DNA of 64,000 nt from Amoebidium appalachense. Lineage: Eukaryota > Protista > Ichthyosporea. The stretch spans positions 2,356,001-2,420,000 of the forward strand of contig CAVNZM010000015.1 of NCBI GenBank assembly GCA_963693365.1, given 5' to 3'. The position numbers and the translations under genes are program-made. Of the stretch, positions 1 to 25,536 are shown one piece after another. The notes beneath the pieces are model-generated. The model did no database searches, was not told where the DNA came from, and worked only from the letters and a program-made list of their open reading frames with translations. Within the stretch, counting starts at the first letter, position 1. Each line of letters begins with the position of its first letter.

Positions 1-244
1 TTGCACATGTCGTCATCCATACGTGTTCCGTATGGTCACTTTATTAACTTCGGTTGGATATACCACATTATATTGAGGACCACACCTGGTGGCCCTCCCC
101 CCCCCCCCCCCTCCCCCCCCCGGCCCAACCCCCCCCCTCCCCCCCCCTCCCCCCCGGCCCTCCCCCCCCGGCCCTCCCCCCCCCCCCCCCCCCCCCGGGC
201 CCCACCCCCTTTTCCCACAGGCTCAACCGGCCATGTATACACCG

Positions 245-275
<31 letters not shown>

Positions 276-415
276 ACCCAAAATCAAAGAAAAAAATCCA
301 CCCCTAAAACCTCCCCCCCCCCCCCCCCCCCCAAAAAAAAAAAAAAAAAAAACTTTTAGGGCTCGTCAATGTTGCAGGCGGCATGGGACTTGTCGATGTT
401 GCAGGCATGGCCGTC

Positions 416-3400
416 TCAGTGCTCGTGCTCGGTATTGGCGGCGAGGGGAGACTTAGGAGCGGGGGGGGGCTCTGGAGCGTGGGGGGACTTTTGGGCGTTG
501 ATCTCTGAGTCTTGTTGCTCAGCCTCGGCCTCCTCGAGCCTTGCCTCCTCCTGGGCCTTGAAAGTCTTCCAGTTGTTGATGGCCTGAGGACACACGTATT
601 AGAATGAATGTAACAAGAGTTCTGCAGACAAAGACATGTGCCAAGTGGCAAGTGCAAATGGAGCATAATTTAACTGAAATAATAATATGCAAACGTGCTC
701 CCCATCTTCTGGCAAGAAAGCTATAAAATGTGGAAGTATCATGTTCATGTTCAAGGGGTTGGGAGGAGGGAGGGGGGGGGGGGGGGGGGTTCCCTACCGC
801 TTCAAAAGACCTCGGGTTCGCCAGCCCGTGCCAGTCCTTCGGGATGCCTCCCTCCTTGGAGAAGGGTGACCAGACAGGCAAGCCATTTTCAGCTTGTGCC
901 GCAGTGCGGTCGCTCAGACAGGCCTCGATGATGTAGATGATGAAGCGCACAAATTGGGGCGAGTCCTTCAGCACGTCCTGCATCATTGAGAAATCAGCAG
1001 TTAGCTATGATCATGTGGATTGGGCTTGGGTTAATCTATGTACATCAAGGACCATTAACTTAGTAAAAGGAAAATGAACTCATAGACAGCAAACGCAATT
1101 GAAACAAACGAAATAACTAGAAAAGAAAGTGATTCCATACACACATGCCCAAAAGGGCTATTATGGGAAGGGATAAGGGTGTGTGTGTGTGTGTGGGGGG
1201 GAGGGGGGGGGGGGGGAGGGGGGTGGACTTACGTCAATGGTCTCGAAGGTGATGTCCATGTCGTTGGCGCGGTTTCGCACTTCATCCAAGGCCAATAGCA
1301 GGTCGAGGAGCGCTGGGTTCCCAAAAGGGTGGCCGGTCTCTGGGTCGCGGAAAGCCCTGCTGCCACCTGACATGCCTGGGGCAAGGTCGATGATATCCAT
1401 GAGGCTCTGCCAGAACGCCCACCGGGACGTGAACTCCCCGGGGACATCCCTGTCCAAGATCTGCAAGAAGAGATGTGCATGTCAGTGATGAGTGCTGAAG
1501 AAGGAATGTACAAACAGATTCAGAATAACTTGTCAACGGTAAAAGGTGTTCAATGCCTAACAAACAGCTACTACTAGCATAGTATCATGGGCACATTCAT
1601 TTTTGTCCTACACTCTGACTATAAAACTCTACATTGCAGGCAGTGTTTGGGGTTTGAACACACAAGCAACCAGGGTTTAGGAAGCTTACCCTGACGTTTC
1701 CTGGAAGCACACTGAACATGGGCATTTGCCGCCGGACAGACTTGACGACGTTGTGCTTGGCCTGTGACATGGCCCTGCTGAACCTGCCATGTTTGGGTGG
1801 AGGGTGTTAATATCGTTATATAAAAAAGTCAACAAGATAACCAAACATTTTAATGTAAACCTATGGATAGTTGTCCCACACTACTTGCAAGAAGTAAAGT
1901 ATGTCGACGACAATATCACTCACTAGAAACATATGAACAATACAATGCCAATATCATTTACATATCGAAGACATGTTGGCAATACTATTTCGATACAATG
2001 CCACAGCTATTACGAATATATGAAACATATGAGGGACACGTAAACTTAATCAAAAGTACAACAAGTGTTCACTAACATATTGCCAATGTATCAGAATAAT
2101 ACGATGCCGTATATCGACCCTATGAGCACCTCATTATCATGGATAGAACACTTGGGGATGATGTGGTGTGCTTGTGTGTGTGTGCTTGCGCTTCGGGGGG
2201 GGGGGGGGGGGGGGGGGGGGGGGATTACTTACTTGGACCTGAGCTTGAAGTCTTCATCGGTCCGCTTCAGCTTGCCGAAGTACACAACGGCTTCTTGAAT
2301 CTCCTCGTCGGAAACCTTCCCCCAGGAGGGCTTTCCTGTGGGGGGGGTCTTTCTTGAGCGTCATAGCGATGGCCTTGATAAGGCGCTGGGGATCATTCTG
2401 GATGTTGGCGCCAAACTTCATGAGCACCGTGGTGTACACAGTGTCGGTCATGGGGTGCTTCCGAAGAAGCCTTGCCTGCATTGGATGGAATAAAGAGAGG
2501 GTTGGTTAGAAGGTCTTTTTTATCTCATGGAACAAAGATTTAATGAAGACATGCACATCACTAATTGATTCGTTAACTGGCGTGAACCATAGAATAGGGT
2601 TTTTAGGGGTTTGGATTTGATACACAAGTGCGGTTGAACATTCTTAATTACTTCAAACGTTGTCTTCAAGGTTTGGCCGTGTCATTGGAAGGGGGGGGGG
2701 GGGGGGGGGGACGATGTCTTCAAGGTTTGGCGGTGTCATTGGGAGGGGGGAAGGGGGGGGGGGGGGGGGGGGGGGGCTGGATGGGGAGGATGGGGGGCCG
2801 GGGATGCATTACCACAGTGGTGTTCAGCATCAACTCATCATCCGCAGTAGCCTCATTGGAGGACACATCAGACATCTTCATCTTCTTGACCCTGGGCTTC
2901 TTGGGGGGGTCGTCGTCCTGGGAGGGAGCGGCCCGCTTGAGGACACCCGTCGTAGCGAAATTCGCGATGCCTGCCCTTTTCGATGGTGTCTCCGTGCCAA
3001 AAGCAATGTCCAGAGCATCACGCTCAGTCAACTCCGGCACTTGCGCGCGCAGGAGGGCAGCAAACGCGATGTCCAGTTTGGAGTAGTTCATCGGGGCCGA
3101 GACGGGGGCCGCGGCGGGGGTCGACGGAATGGGTTGCTTGGAGCTGTCCTTGCTGCTGGAGCTGTCCTTGCTGCCGGATTTATCTGTGTAGGAATGGTTG
3201 GGCACTCAACATCCCGACCGAAGTCACAAGAGTATTACGAGGTCATTACCAACTTATTCTCAATACATGCTAAGTACAACACCAATACTGTAACGATATC
3301 ACGATGGTATTGCCATTATGTACGTCATTCTGTTAGCCTACGACAATTGCATAAAGCATAACAAATGTATATAAGCAATGTATTGCGCATTTTTGTTCGA

Positions 3401-3528
3401 TATTCACCGTCAACGAGGAACACATTGAAAATGAGATGCAGTTGGTTTGTGTACAATGGTAGGTGTTTGGACCGTGTGTGTGTTTCTGTGGTTGTGTGTG
3501 TGTGTGCGTGTGTGTGTGGTGGGTGGTG

Positions 3529-3572
<44 letters not shown>

Positions 3573-4543
3573 AAAAAGACAAGACCTGGCAGCAAGGGCC
3601 AAGACAAAGACTGGTAGGCTCTCACTAAAAGTGTGGGGTTAGGGTCCCAGTATGAGCGGCAGCGGCAGCGCAATTCTAGGGGTGTTGCTGCTAGCCAACC
3701 CTCAGAGAGAATGTTGACAGCCTGTGCAAAGTTTGGGCCCAACTGGAACCCAAAGTGAAGCGCAAACGGCGTGGTCATGACAAGGTCACCAGGGTAGTGC
3801 ACCAGCACCTCAGGGACCAGACCCTCCTTCACCCATTCCATGATTGCTTCGGCGGTAGGAATGAACGTCTTGTGTTGTATGGGGTTTTTGCACTCAACAC
3901 TTAAGTCTTCCTGCAGTTTGGCTACGATCGTTCGATACACCGAGGGTGGGTAACAAAACCAGAATTTTGGGTAGCCAGCAACATGTAGTGAACAAGACGG
4001 CACCCCGTTGTCCTCCGAGTGAATTTCAAACACAGAACCTCCCTTCTTCGCAGGTGATAAGTGCACGTAACTAAACGGCCGATTGATACCAGGCAAGTCC
4101 TGAAGATAATGAGGCCGACCAAGGGGTGTTGCATTGACCAGTTGTGTCAGATCAGGAATGCTATGCAGGCGTCTTTTCGGCGGGGGGAGGTCAACGTGTG
4201 CAGCATATACACCCCCACCGTTGAGTGCCTTCAAGTTTTCGTACAGACTTACGACTTCACGGACGGTGGTTTGAGGACTAAGTGGGGGTGCATGTGCCCT
4301 AGCAGCTTCGATGCTAGCCTGTATGTCTATAGTCGTGCAAGGTGTGCGAATGACCTGCCTCCAATGATTGTTGGTGGGTTGCAATGTAAATACGTGGGCA
4401 TGCTTGCGTAGAGCAGTGGGTGTGTACTGAGACAAGGCATCTTCAAAGGGTATTGTGGGGGCGAACTGTCGAAGCACAACACCACCAACGTCTATAGCCT
4501 CCGCAGCATGGAGCGTGGCTAGTGCTAGCTTTAGGTCGAGCAT
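416..4543 (-). CDS. 7-exon gene: JmjC (KDM4/KDM5-like 2OG/Fe(II) histone demethylase) domain plus unknown C-terminal region, about 745 aa
   Basis: Exons with GT-AG ends and matching phases: 4543-3586, 3183-2813, 2475-2233, 1783-1690, 1460-1233, 977-798, 583-416. Exon 1 has FSYVHL..GGSVFEIHSED..SCSLHVAGYPKFWFCYPP..CKNPIQHKTFIP..HYPGDLVMTTPFALHFGFQLGPNFAQAVN..W..CRC, collinear with the KDM4 pattern [52 protein letters not shown]..CSC. One extra G in a homopolymer near 2320 breaks exon 3. Start and stop positions are uncertain. Confidence 0.85.
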
Positions 4544-4724
4544 GTGTGCAGTAGAAAAAAACAAAATGCAAAACAGAAGACTGCGGTACGGTAGCTAGGT
4601 GGGTGTACTATTTATGAAAGCATGCAGGAGGACGCTACTGCCAAAGATAACGCAACGAAAAAAAGGTGATGTGCACAGTGTGGTTGCAAGAACAGAATGG
4701 GGAGTTGCACGGGGAAAAGTCCGG

Positions 4725-5054
4725 CTATGTACCTGCAAGGATAGCATGCATATACAGGCGAGTGGGCGGGTTGTGCAGGCTGAGAGGGCGGGATATGGAG
4801 GGCCGAGCCATACCTTTTGTTTTCCCAGTTACGAGGTCCATAGCAGGGACCTTGTTGGCCTGGTTGATGACCTGGGCCAGGAAAGGGTTCGCTTTGCCAT
4901 CGTCCGAGGCGGACTCGTCGGAGTCGGCTCGGACCTTCTTCTTGCTCTTGGACCCCTTGCTGGTGCGCACGGGGGTTTCGGGAGGTGGGGTGACCTCCTT
5001 GTCCTGTCGATCCTTCTGCTTCTTGGCTGCTTTGTCTTTGTTCGACTTTGCCAT
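4725..5054 (-). CDS. Small Lys/Ser/Asp-rich ORF, possibly an upstream exon of the JmjC gene
   Basis: ATG in good context (ACCACCATGG); MAKSNKDKAAKKQKDRQDKEVTPP...; plausible donor AAAG|GTATGG near 4813. I could not find an in-frame splice to the JmjC exon. Confidence 0.4.
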   Translation of the reverse strand: MAKSNKDKAAKKQKDRQDKEVTPPPETPVRTSKGSKSKKKVRADSDESASDDGKANPFLAQVINQANKVPAMDLVTGKTKGMARPSISRPLSLHNPPTRLYMHAILAGT

Positions 5055-6579
5055 GGTGGTGGTACAGTACAGCGAACGGCAAAACAGGCCAGACAGAGCA
5101 ATCTAATACAAACAATATATCGCAAATACAAGCAATACAACGGCCAACATACTGAGGGTATGCACAGTATATTGAAAACATGTTTTCGGTGCGATGGGCG
5201 CGCCAAAACCCTGGAATTTAGGTGGAATTGACGTGGAACCAATCGTGTGCAATGACATTGTGGGTTTGGCCAACCGGTTCCGGCTCTGGACATAAAATAA
5301 GTCATAGGCCAATCACGATCGCCTCAATAAAGGCATGCAAATTCCAATCCGGCTTACGCCTCTCTCCTCAAAAGCCGCACAATATCACCCCATCCAAAAA
5401 CATCAAAAACACCTGCAACACCATAGTACGCCTTCATATGGAAAACTACTTTTTTAAAAAAACTAAACCTTTTTAATTTACATTGTCATTCACAATACGA
5501 ATCACTTACTACAGCATGTACGCGACCACGTTTGACTTCAAAGGTTTGCGTGATTTGCTTCGCTCAATCACGTTGAGCATCCCTGGTGACACGTGTCGAT
5601 GCTGCTTGGCGGTCATTGAGGTGGTATTATTTGTAGTGAACATCTAGCATGTATTTTACACCCATTTAATGTTTATTTTCGTGTTTGTTTGTTTTTTATT
5701 TTGGTACTGGATATGTTGGTTTTGCGTAGTAGTGAAACTTCCAAGGTGCTTGTATTTTTTCTGACGCCATATTCGCGTCAATAAACGTTGAGGGCATGCA
5801 AATTCCTCGTAGGTTTCATCCCTATGTCATGCAAAGGTCAGTTGCATAATCAAGCCTCCGGATACGACAACAAACCAACACATATGAAAAATAGACCGTT
5901 TAATTACCTCTTATAAACAATCTTTGTTACATTGAAAGCCTAAAACAATATGACGTGTTCAAGGTATACATTGTCATGTGTACGCAGCTCACTTGGCCTT
6001 CAGTGGGTGTGCATTTTGCTTCGCTCCCATGAGCAAATAGCCAATCATCGCAGTTCCATTGTGCATGTATGCGGCGGCGCGCATGCATATGCGGCACGAT
6101 CAGCCTAATATGTATATTAGTACGGCCAAATATACATGTACATCCAGTGCATGGCTTGTAGACGTAAAGTGCACGTAATATGTATATTATTTAGATATAA
6201 ATATCGTGTATATGTATGAATATATATACAACAATAATTAATACAGGTACAGACGTAATAAAGACAGTCAGCGGATGCGTGAACCCTTGGCTGGGCCGGG
6301 GGGGGGGGGGGGGGGGAGGCCACCTCCCCCCCCCCCCCCCCCCCTTTATCCGCGAAATATTGAGCATATATGCAGGCGATATCCACGCGATATCCGTCAT
6401 TCCCCTGCATACGGGTATCCTTGTCGTCAATAAGCGAATATACTTTCTCAATATGCTTACGATACGGGCGGTAGATTGACCATAGGTGTGCTTATGTGAT
6501 TCTAGCATTGTTCTGTATCACACGTGTAATGTTTTAAGCATCACATTACTTTCACTCTAGGAAATTTGTATATGGCATC

Positions 6580-16160
<9,581 letters not shown>

Positions 16161-18081
16161 TGTATGTCATTGCCTGTACCACAGGGAATACATTCCCAAG
16201 AGTTGAATTCTTTATTCCGTATGTATGCCCGTACTTGCCCGTATTTCACGGTTGGGGGGGGGGGGGGGGGGGGGGGGGGGGTTGTCATTACTTTCCTGTA
16301 TTATCCTTTATGCTACTTCAAGTTTTATACCCTACCGCTTACACAGGATGTAGGCTGGTGAAAGGTTTAATGGTAGGACGTTCGGTGATGTTTGTACCAC
16401 GGACCACAGGAACATCTTCCCCAGGAACAGTATTCAAAACAAAGAACTTTTATATTTTGAGGTGCTAAAAACGTGAGGACCACTTGTTATGGCCGTTGCC
16501 CTTCTCAATCTTGGTACGGAAATGCACCCATATTATACTGCAAATGTATTGTATATGACGTGTGTATATCGTACAGGTACTGGTAAGGAGGTTGCTTCCG
16601 ATTTCTGGGGTATCTCACATTTCTGTGCAAAATGACGATTATTACTGAATATTTATGGTTCTGAATAAAGGTGTGAAACAGTATATCTGCTAGAGTGTGC
16701 AACTAGATTTCCGGCATGTTTGGGCATTAGTGTTTTTGATTTTTTGTGTCACACATATATTTCAGCTTCAACTCTGCTTGCCGGCATTATCATATTTCTG
16801 TCTTGGCTTCAGGTCCTTGGAGCATCGCTGAAGCACGACCTCCTTTATTTCTGGCCCACAAACCGGGGTCCAGTGTATGTTGTTAACATATGCACAGTGC
16901 ATTATCATAAACCCACGCAGTGAGCCTGGGGCCGTATGGTATCTTCGTTCTTCCGTTCATCTTACACATAGTACGGTATACTATAACCTCATTTAGGGTA
17001 CGATTGTTGGCTCGTGGATTAGGCAAAAATATCAATCCACTCAAGATTCAACAACTAAGCCAAGCCTCATAACCTAACTCTGAAAGCTCTCTTCCACATA
17101 CAATTTTATTCATAAACTTCAGTATTTTTAATCAAGATAGATGCAACGTACCAAAGGCAACACACTGTCGAAATGCACAGAGAAGGGAGTTTCATTGAAG
17201 ATAAATATGTTTGTTACATCTAGGTACATCCAGATCTTACATTTTCTAGTGGTTGTTTAGCTTTGCCCATACGAAGTCCAACAAGAATATAAATTTCAGA
17301 CATGTAAACAATATGTTACTCTCCTATGCCCTCTGATTCTAATCAGTTCTAGATGGTAGAGCATCTAGTTAGAAACTTCATAGCTTACTAATGCCATCCA
17401 AAAAAAAAATGGATTTTTGTGTTTTTTAAACAAAACACCCAGCAACAAAGGATCTAGTGAAAAATAGATCTGTATCTAAACTATGGGACATGCCTGGAAG
17501 ATAATCATCAATAGTTGCATTTCATGGAGTCCATAAAAATCTCGTGCATTTTCAGCCACGTCATGCCATTGGGAAACAAGTTTAACACTAAAACAAGTTG
17601 CACCACACACACACGCACACACACACACACACAGACACACATCAAATTGAATGTACACACACACACACACTGTGGCACCACACAAACACTTATGCACTCA
17701 TACACATATACCTACACTGTCTGTGTGTGTGTGCGTGCGTGTGTGCGTGCGTGCGTCCGTGCGTGCATGTGTGTGCGTGCGCCCGTGCATGTGTGTGCTT
17801 ACGTGTGCCGTGTGTGTGCGCCTGTGTGTGTGAGTACATGCTTGCGTGCAAGTACGTGCAACTAATGGTGTAAACAGTGGTGGCGGGCAGAGGAAGATAA
17901 AACCTGTACACAAACACGGACCCCACCTTCCAACACGGCCCCCATCTCCCCCACCTTCTCACCCGCAAAAAAACAAAACCAACAAGGTCAACAAGCCTGC
18001 AACATCCAAGAAAAAATGGGGACTCGCGGGGAGAAAATGGGGTGGAGAATGGGGTGGGAGAAAGGGGGGGGGGGGGGGGGG

Positions 18082-18525
18082 GGGGGGGTTTAATGCGTCA
18101 AAAAGTACGAAGTACACAAGAACAAACGGATAACACGATGCAGAATGCAAGCCATACATAAAGAGTATGCATAATAAGCAGAGCCCATCCTCAGGGGGGG
18201 CCCACGTCATCCACAGTACCCGAGTTTCGACCTATTCCCCTCGTTAACGAAACCCAACTCAGATACTGTTTCACTTGAACATGAGTAGGTCACCCGTCTT
18301 GATCAGAGACGAGCAGGGTTGCTTATGCAGGCAAGGGCAGTGGGAAAGGCCGGGGAGGGGGAGAGGGAGAGGGAGAGGGAAAGAGAGAGAGAGGGAGAGG
18401 GAGAGAGAGAGAGAAAGAGGGGGGTTTTGAATGCGTCATAAAGTACGAAGTACACATAAACGAAGGGCAACACGATGCAGAGAACAAACCATACATAAAA
18501 GAGTATGCATAATAAGCAGAGCCAG
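18082..18525. repeat. Dispersed imperfect direct repeat of about 100 bp (2 copies)
   Basis: AATGCGTCA..AAGTACGAAGTACACA..AACACGATGCAGA..CCATACATAAA..GAGTATGCATAATAAGCAGAGCC at about 18090-18186 and 18430-18523. Confidence 0.85.
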
Positions 18526-18527
18526 AG

Positions 18528-18565
<38 letters not shown>

Positions 18566-19074
18566 AGAGAGAGAGACGAACAACACACACTTCCAGTTGG
18601 AGGGAGAGTGAAAAAGGATGGGAGATGTGAGAGACGTACGGAGAGAGAAAAAGGGATTGATAAAGATAGGGGGAAGGGGGAATGAGTTTACATGTATAAA
18701 GAGTAAGCGAAAAGAGACGAAGGTGAGATGGAGGGGGCTACAGGGTCAAAAAAGCAATAAAGATGTGAAGGGGATGTGTGTGTGTGTGTCGCAGTGTGTT
18801 TGTGCCTGCAACAACAATGAAGATACGGGAGGGAGGAGGCAGAGGAAGTGTACGAATGGGGGGGGGGGGGGGGGGAAGAGGCGGGCAATACGACTTGATA
18901 CATGTTCACCTTGAGTTAGTGTGGAAAAAAGGAGTGACGGGGGGCTCAGGGAAATGGTTGAAAAAGACGGGGAGTAGCAGGCAAATGTTCCTACGGAAAT
19001 AGAGAGGGGAAGACGGAGGATGAAGGGGGAGGGAGGGGGGGGGGGGGGGGGGGGGGTGTGACGTATGCATCAAA

Positions 19075-19116
<42 letters not shown>

Positions 19117-19489
19117 ATGAACAAAAGCAAGCATCGGAAGGTGTGTGTCTCTCAATATGGCTGTGTGAGCCGTGTGTACCATGTGGATGCCGTGTGGATG
19201 TATGTGTGCAAAATGAGGGTGGAGGGAAGGAGTAGGGGAAGGTGATGTTTCAGAGTACACAACTATGTCAATAAAAGCTACATTCAAAGGGACAGCCAAG
19301 CATGCAACATCCAATGGCCGGAGAAGGGGGGGACGGGGGCGGCGGGAGAGGGTAGGGGCGGGGGGGGGGGGGGGGGGGGAGGGGGGGGGGGGTTAGAATG
19401 CGGTACACAGTCACGAAGCACAGAGAGGGAGGGAGGGAGGGAGGGAGAGAGGGGGAGAGGGAGGGGGGAGGGGGAGAGAGAGAGAGAGT

Positions 19490-19523
<34 letters not shown>

Positions 19524-19688
19524 ATGTAGCCGAAGCATGGGAATGGGCAAGGGAGTACGCTTGCAGAGAGAGAGCAGCAGGCAGGAAGAGGGGGCTGAAA
19601 AGCATATCGAGAGTCGGAAGGAGTGCTACGGGGAGGGTCTTAGGGAAACAACAGCCAGAATAGGATGAGGTTGAGGATGAGGATGAGG

Positions 19689-19822
19689 ATGGGGATGGGG
19701 ATGGGGATGGGGATGGGGATGGGGATGGGGATGGGGATGGGGATGGGGATGGGGATGGGGATGGGGATGGGGATGGGGATGGGGATGGGGATGGGGATGG
19801 GGATGGGGATGGGGATGGGGAT
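19689..19822. repeat. (GGGGAT)n hexamer repeat, about 22 copies
   Basis: Directly visible; followed by poly-G and (GT)n to about 20265. Confidence 0.97.
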
Positions 19823-19855
19823 GGGGAGGGGGGGGGGGGGGGGGGGGGGGGGGGT

Positions 19856-21770
<1,915 letters not shown>

Positions 21771-23447
21771 AGCACACGTGTGTGCAAGCCTGTTTGTTCG
21801 TGTGTGTGTGAAACAGAACCCCTGGGTACTGTTGTGCAAGTGATGCCCATAATGTAGGTTTGAAAACATCAAGATGATGCTGGTGATGCTTAAATCACAA
21901 CAGCGTGATAAGCTCCACAGAAAGTGGTGGTGGGTTGGAACCGGGGTTTCAAGCTCCTGAAACAAATCGTGTGACACTTGGGAACATAGTTGCGAACAAA
22001 AAGCAAATTTCCTAAACACTGCAGCTGACCCCACGACTACTTATAAGCAAAGCCAGGTGAAAACATCCGGTAACTGTGGACAGCTACAGTACTGTACGTT
22101 CTCTTTCAAAAAACCTCCTAACCTCCCTCGTTTATTCTTCTACGCACCCCTCTCTTTCTCCGTTCTTTTTTATTTTGTTATCGACGTACGTGTTAACTGT
22201 AAGACAGGAAACCTATATAAGCACATACCAGCCACCAGATCCAGACAGGCGTGGTGTACTAATAGGTCGTGTCGAAGAGAGACCCAGGCCCCACGCAGCA
22301 CTAGTCCAAGCACCTGCATTTCAGGCTGGCAAAAAAGAAGATAGCCTTAACAGTTCAAAGTAACGATGATTCTGTTCCCCAAAACAAAGTTTGCCGCGAG
22401 AGTCGGTCAACGGTTTGTGTTCTGCGGCCGCAGGACTACGGCACCCCGTAAGAATGGTGACATAATAACATCCAATCACATCAAATGGTGATCTCTCACT
22501 TTCTCATTCTGACCACTTGCAAAAAACGATTGGCTAGATAATTATTATGCGGATGAAATGTAAGCCTGAAAGTTCGTATTTCGGTGCTTACTTCCGAAAA
22601 GCATAGCAAACGGAAGCCAGATTTGTTGGCATGGATCAGACGGAATTTATACCCTGGCGCCTAGCCGAGTTTTGCAGATTTACCACGACTGAAAATGCCC
22701 AGGGTGGTGCAACTTTTTGGGGGCTTTTCTGTTTTTGCCACTGAAGTTTTCCGTACATTTTTCGAGACGCCCCATGGTGACCTCCAAAGTCTCAGTCATC
22801 GGATCCGAATAGGAAAAAGCAACATCATAGCTGAAAGAGGGTTCGCCAGGAAAACTTTCAGGTAACAGTCAATAGAAACTGTTGTAAAACTGACAAAGCA
22901 GAAAAACTGAGGCCCAAGGGTGGCCGTTTTCCTAAACGCTACAGGAGGGGTATGAACTTCTTCGGAATTCCGCGCGGGCTTTTCCGTTTTGGGGGAATGC
23001 TTCGAAATTTCAGTATTTTTCAGCCAATACGGCTATGAGCCCAGCCCTGTCAGTGACTAAAAAAAAAAAAAAACGTAAAAAATAAAAAAGAAGAACTTTC
23101 AAAAGAGAAACTAAAAAAATATATAGTACTGCGCAGCTAGCGCACTGACCTTGCGACCCGGCAGCCCTGGTGGTGACCTAGGCCCGCACAAAATTATATA
23201 ACCGGGCGCCGAGCGAGCTCGACTCGGAGTAATACACAGATGTACACCCCTCCTCCCCCCCCCCCCCCCCTCCCCCCCTCTCCCTCCCCGGCCCCCCGCT
23301 CTCGGCTCCCCCCCCCCCCCCTCCCCCCAAGGGCACCTACCCCCTCCCCCCCCCCCCCCCCCCACGTCCCCCCCCTCCCCCCCCCCCTCCCCCCCCCCCT
23401 CCCCCCCCCCCCCCCCCCCCTCCCTCCCCCCTCCTCCCCCCCCCTCC

Positions 23448-23486
<39 letters not shown>

Positions 23487-24145
23487 CCCCCCCCCTCCCC
23501 GGCCACCCGTACGTATCAGATCCGTCCCACGAATACTTGGATATCATTTCGGAGCACCATGCACATGTATGGCATGGAAAGATATGTCATTGAACATGCA
23601 TTAAATGGCCATGGGCTCTAATTTTTTCGGTATCATGCATACGTGTGCAGCATACCATAGTATATGCACGCTCGGAAGTATGTATATCATATTCATGCAG
23701 CATTCCGGTCCCCAGGGGGAGCTCCCGGCCCACCCCAACCCCCGAGTCTCTCACCCAAACAGGGCACCATATGCATCACCACCGTGGCACTACCAACAAC
23801 GTGTACGGCTGCAGCTGACATCCACATTCTTTGCCTTATAATGATCTTAATAGAAACATTTTTGGGGGCATGTTCGTTAAATTGGTGACTTATAAAAAAA
23901 GAAGGAATATGCACGGAGTATGCATCCGCGGCAATTTAATCATCAGTGGGCCCCTTACACACCAGTACGTACGACGGAATCTTCATCCAATATGGGAGCA
24001 TGCTGCACAAGGAATTCGTGCAACACCAGTCTTCCCATAATCTTACGCTGTTGCTGTTCAAAATACCGCCATGGCATGCCCCCCCCCCCCCCCCCCCCCC
24101 CCCGCCCCCGCCCCCCCCCCCCCCCCCCCCCCCTCCCCCCCCCCC

Positions 24146-24180
<35 letters not shown>

Positions 24181-24275
24181 CCCCGGGGCGCGAGATCCCC
24201 CCCCTCCCCCCCCCCGGTCTCCCCCTTCCGCCTCCATCCGGGCCGTCCCCCCCCCCCCCCTCCCCCCCGGCCCGC

Positions 24276-24321
<46 letters not shown>

Positions 24322-24777
24322 ACTCTCCCCCGCTCCCTTGCCCGACCATCCGCCATCTATCCTACTACCATCCCTTCGATCTCCCTCCTCTGAGACCAGT
24401 TTGTATATAGGAGCTGCCGCTAGGCTTACTGTGTGAAGGCTTTATGTGAAGGCTTTACTGTAACAGTGAAGATGTAACAAACACAAAGTTTTCAGATATG
24501 TATGCCCTACACCAAACAAAACACCACAGTCACCAGTTTAAACGAACATACCCCCCAAAATGTGGTTTGCTCTCAACCTTAATATATTTACTTCTCCAGA
24601 CATACACACTCGGTTTACCCGGGCACATACAAATGCCACTGAAAACCCCACCAATTTTCACAGTGCTTGATTTCATACTCTAACTCTGGCGAGTTTCTAC
24701 TGTTCCAAAAGTGTATGGATTATCCGGACAAAAATGTAATACAATCTCAGAATACGGATTAAGGTGTACTTGACGAA

Positions 24778-24816
<39 letters not shown>

Positions 24817-25008
24817 GAATAAATAGAGAAAAAAGCACACCTCCACCGTGATACGATGTATTTGAATTTGATACTTATCTCCACTAAAAATCATATGATG
24901 TAAGTGTACGGGCCGATTTTTCACACGTATCATGTGTTGGGTGGAAGTACTGTTGGCCTCAGTGGTGCCGACAACTCATCACAGCTCACCTACATGTCGT
25001 AACACATA

Positions 25009-25041
<33 letters not shown>

Positions 25042-25410
25042 CGCAGTAATTACCCGGGCTTCGAATTTGAAGCTTCACCTTTCAATGCACGTGCACCCTC
25101 CCCCTCGAGCCAGCGCTCCGCTAAAAATGGGTGCAACGCGCGCCGGGGCCCTGGGCGGGGTGCGGGCGATGGGCCCAGGGCGGGCGGGGGGGTGGGGGTG
25201 GAGGGGCCCGGGGAGGGGGGGGGGGGGGGGGGGGAGGGGGTGACTCGAGGGGAGGGCCCGGGGGGAGGGGGGGAGGGGGGGGGGGGGGGGGAGGGGTGCC
25301 GGTGGGGGCGGGAGATATCGGTGGATTAACAAAAGAAAAGGTGGTGGTGGTGGTGGTGGTGGTGGTGGTTGGGGGGGGGGGGGGGGAGCTCAGCATGGAT
25401 TCAGGCCCTG

Positions 25411-25441
<31 letters not shown>

Positions 25442-25479
25442 GCGGAGGCTAGCTCCCGGGGGGGCGGGGTGCAACGTGT

Positions 25480-25536
<57 letters not shown>

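Noticed and set aside
1-245. Possible further minus-strand exons (VYTWPVEPVG; YNVVYPTEVNKVTIRN), perhaps of another cargo gene
   Set aside because: Too short, embedded in poly-C and cut by the window edge; no diagnostic motif.
16871-16922. CAGTG as a CACTG-type right terminus of the Plavaka element
   Set aside because: Three CAGTG words occur within about 50 bp and no matching left TIR is in the window, so no terminus can be assigned.
22050-23110. Complex non-coding block that might be a MITE or promoter
   Set aside because: No TIR, TSD, second copy or credible ORF found.
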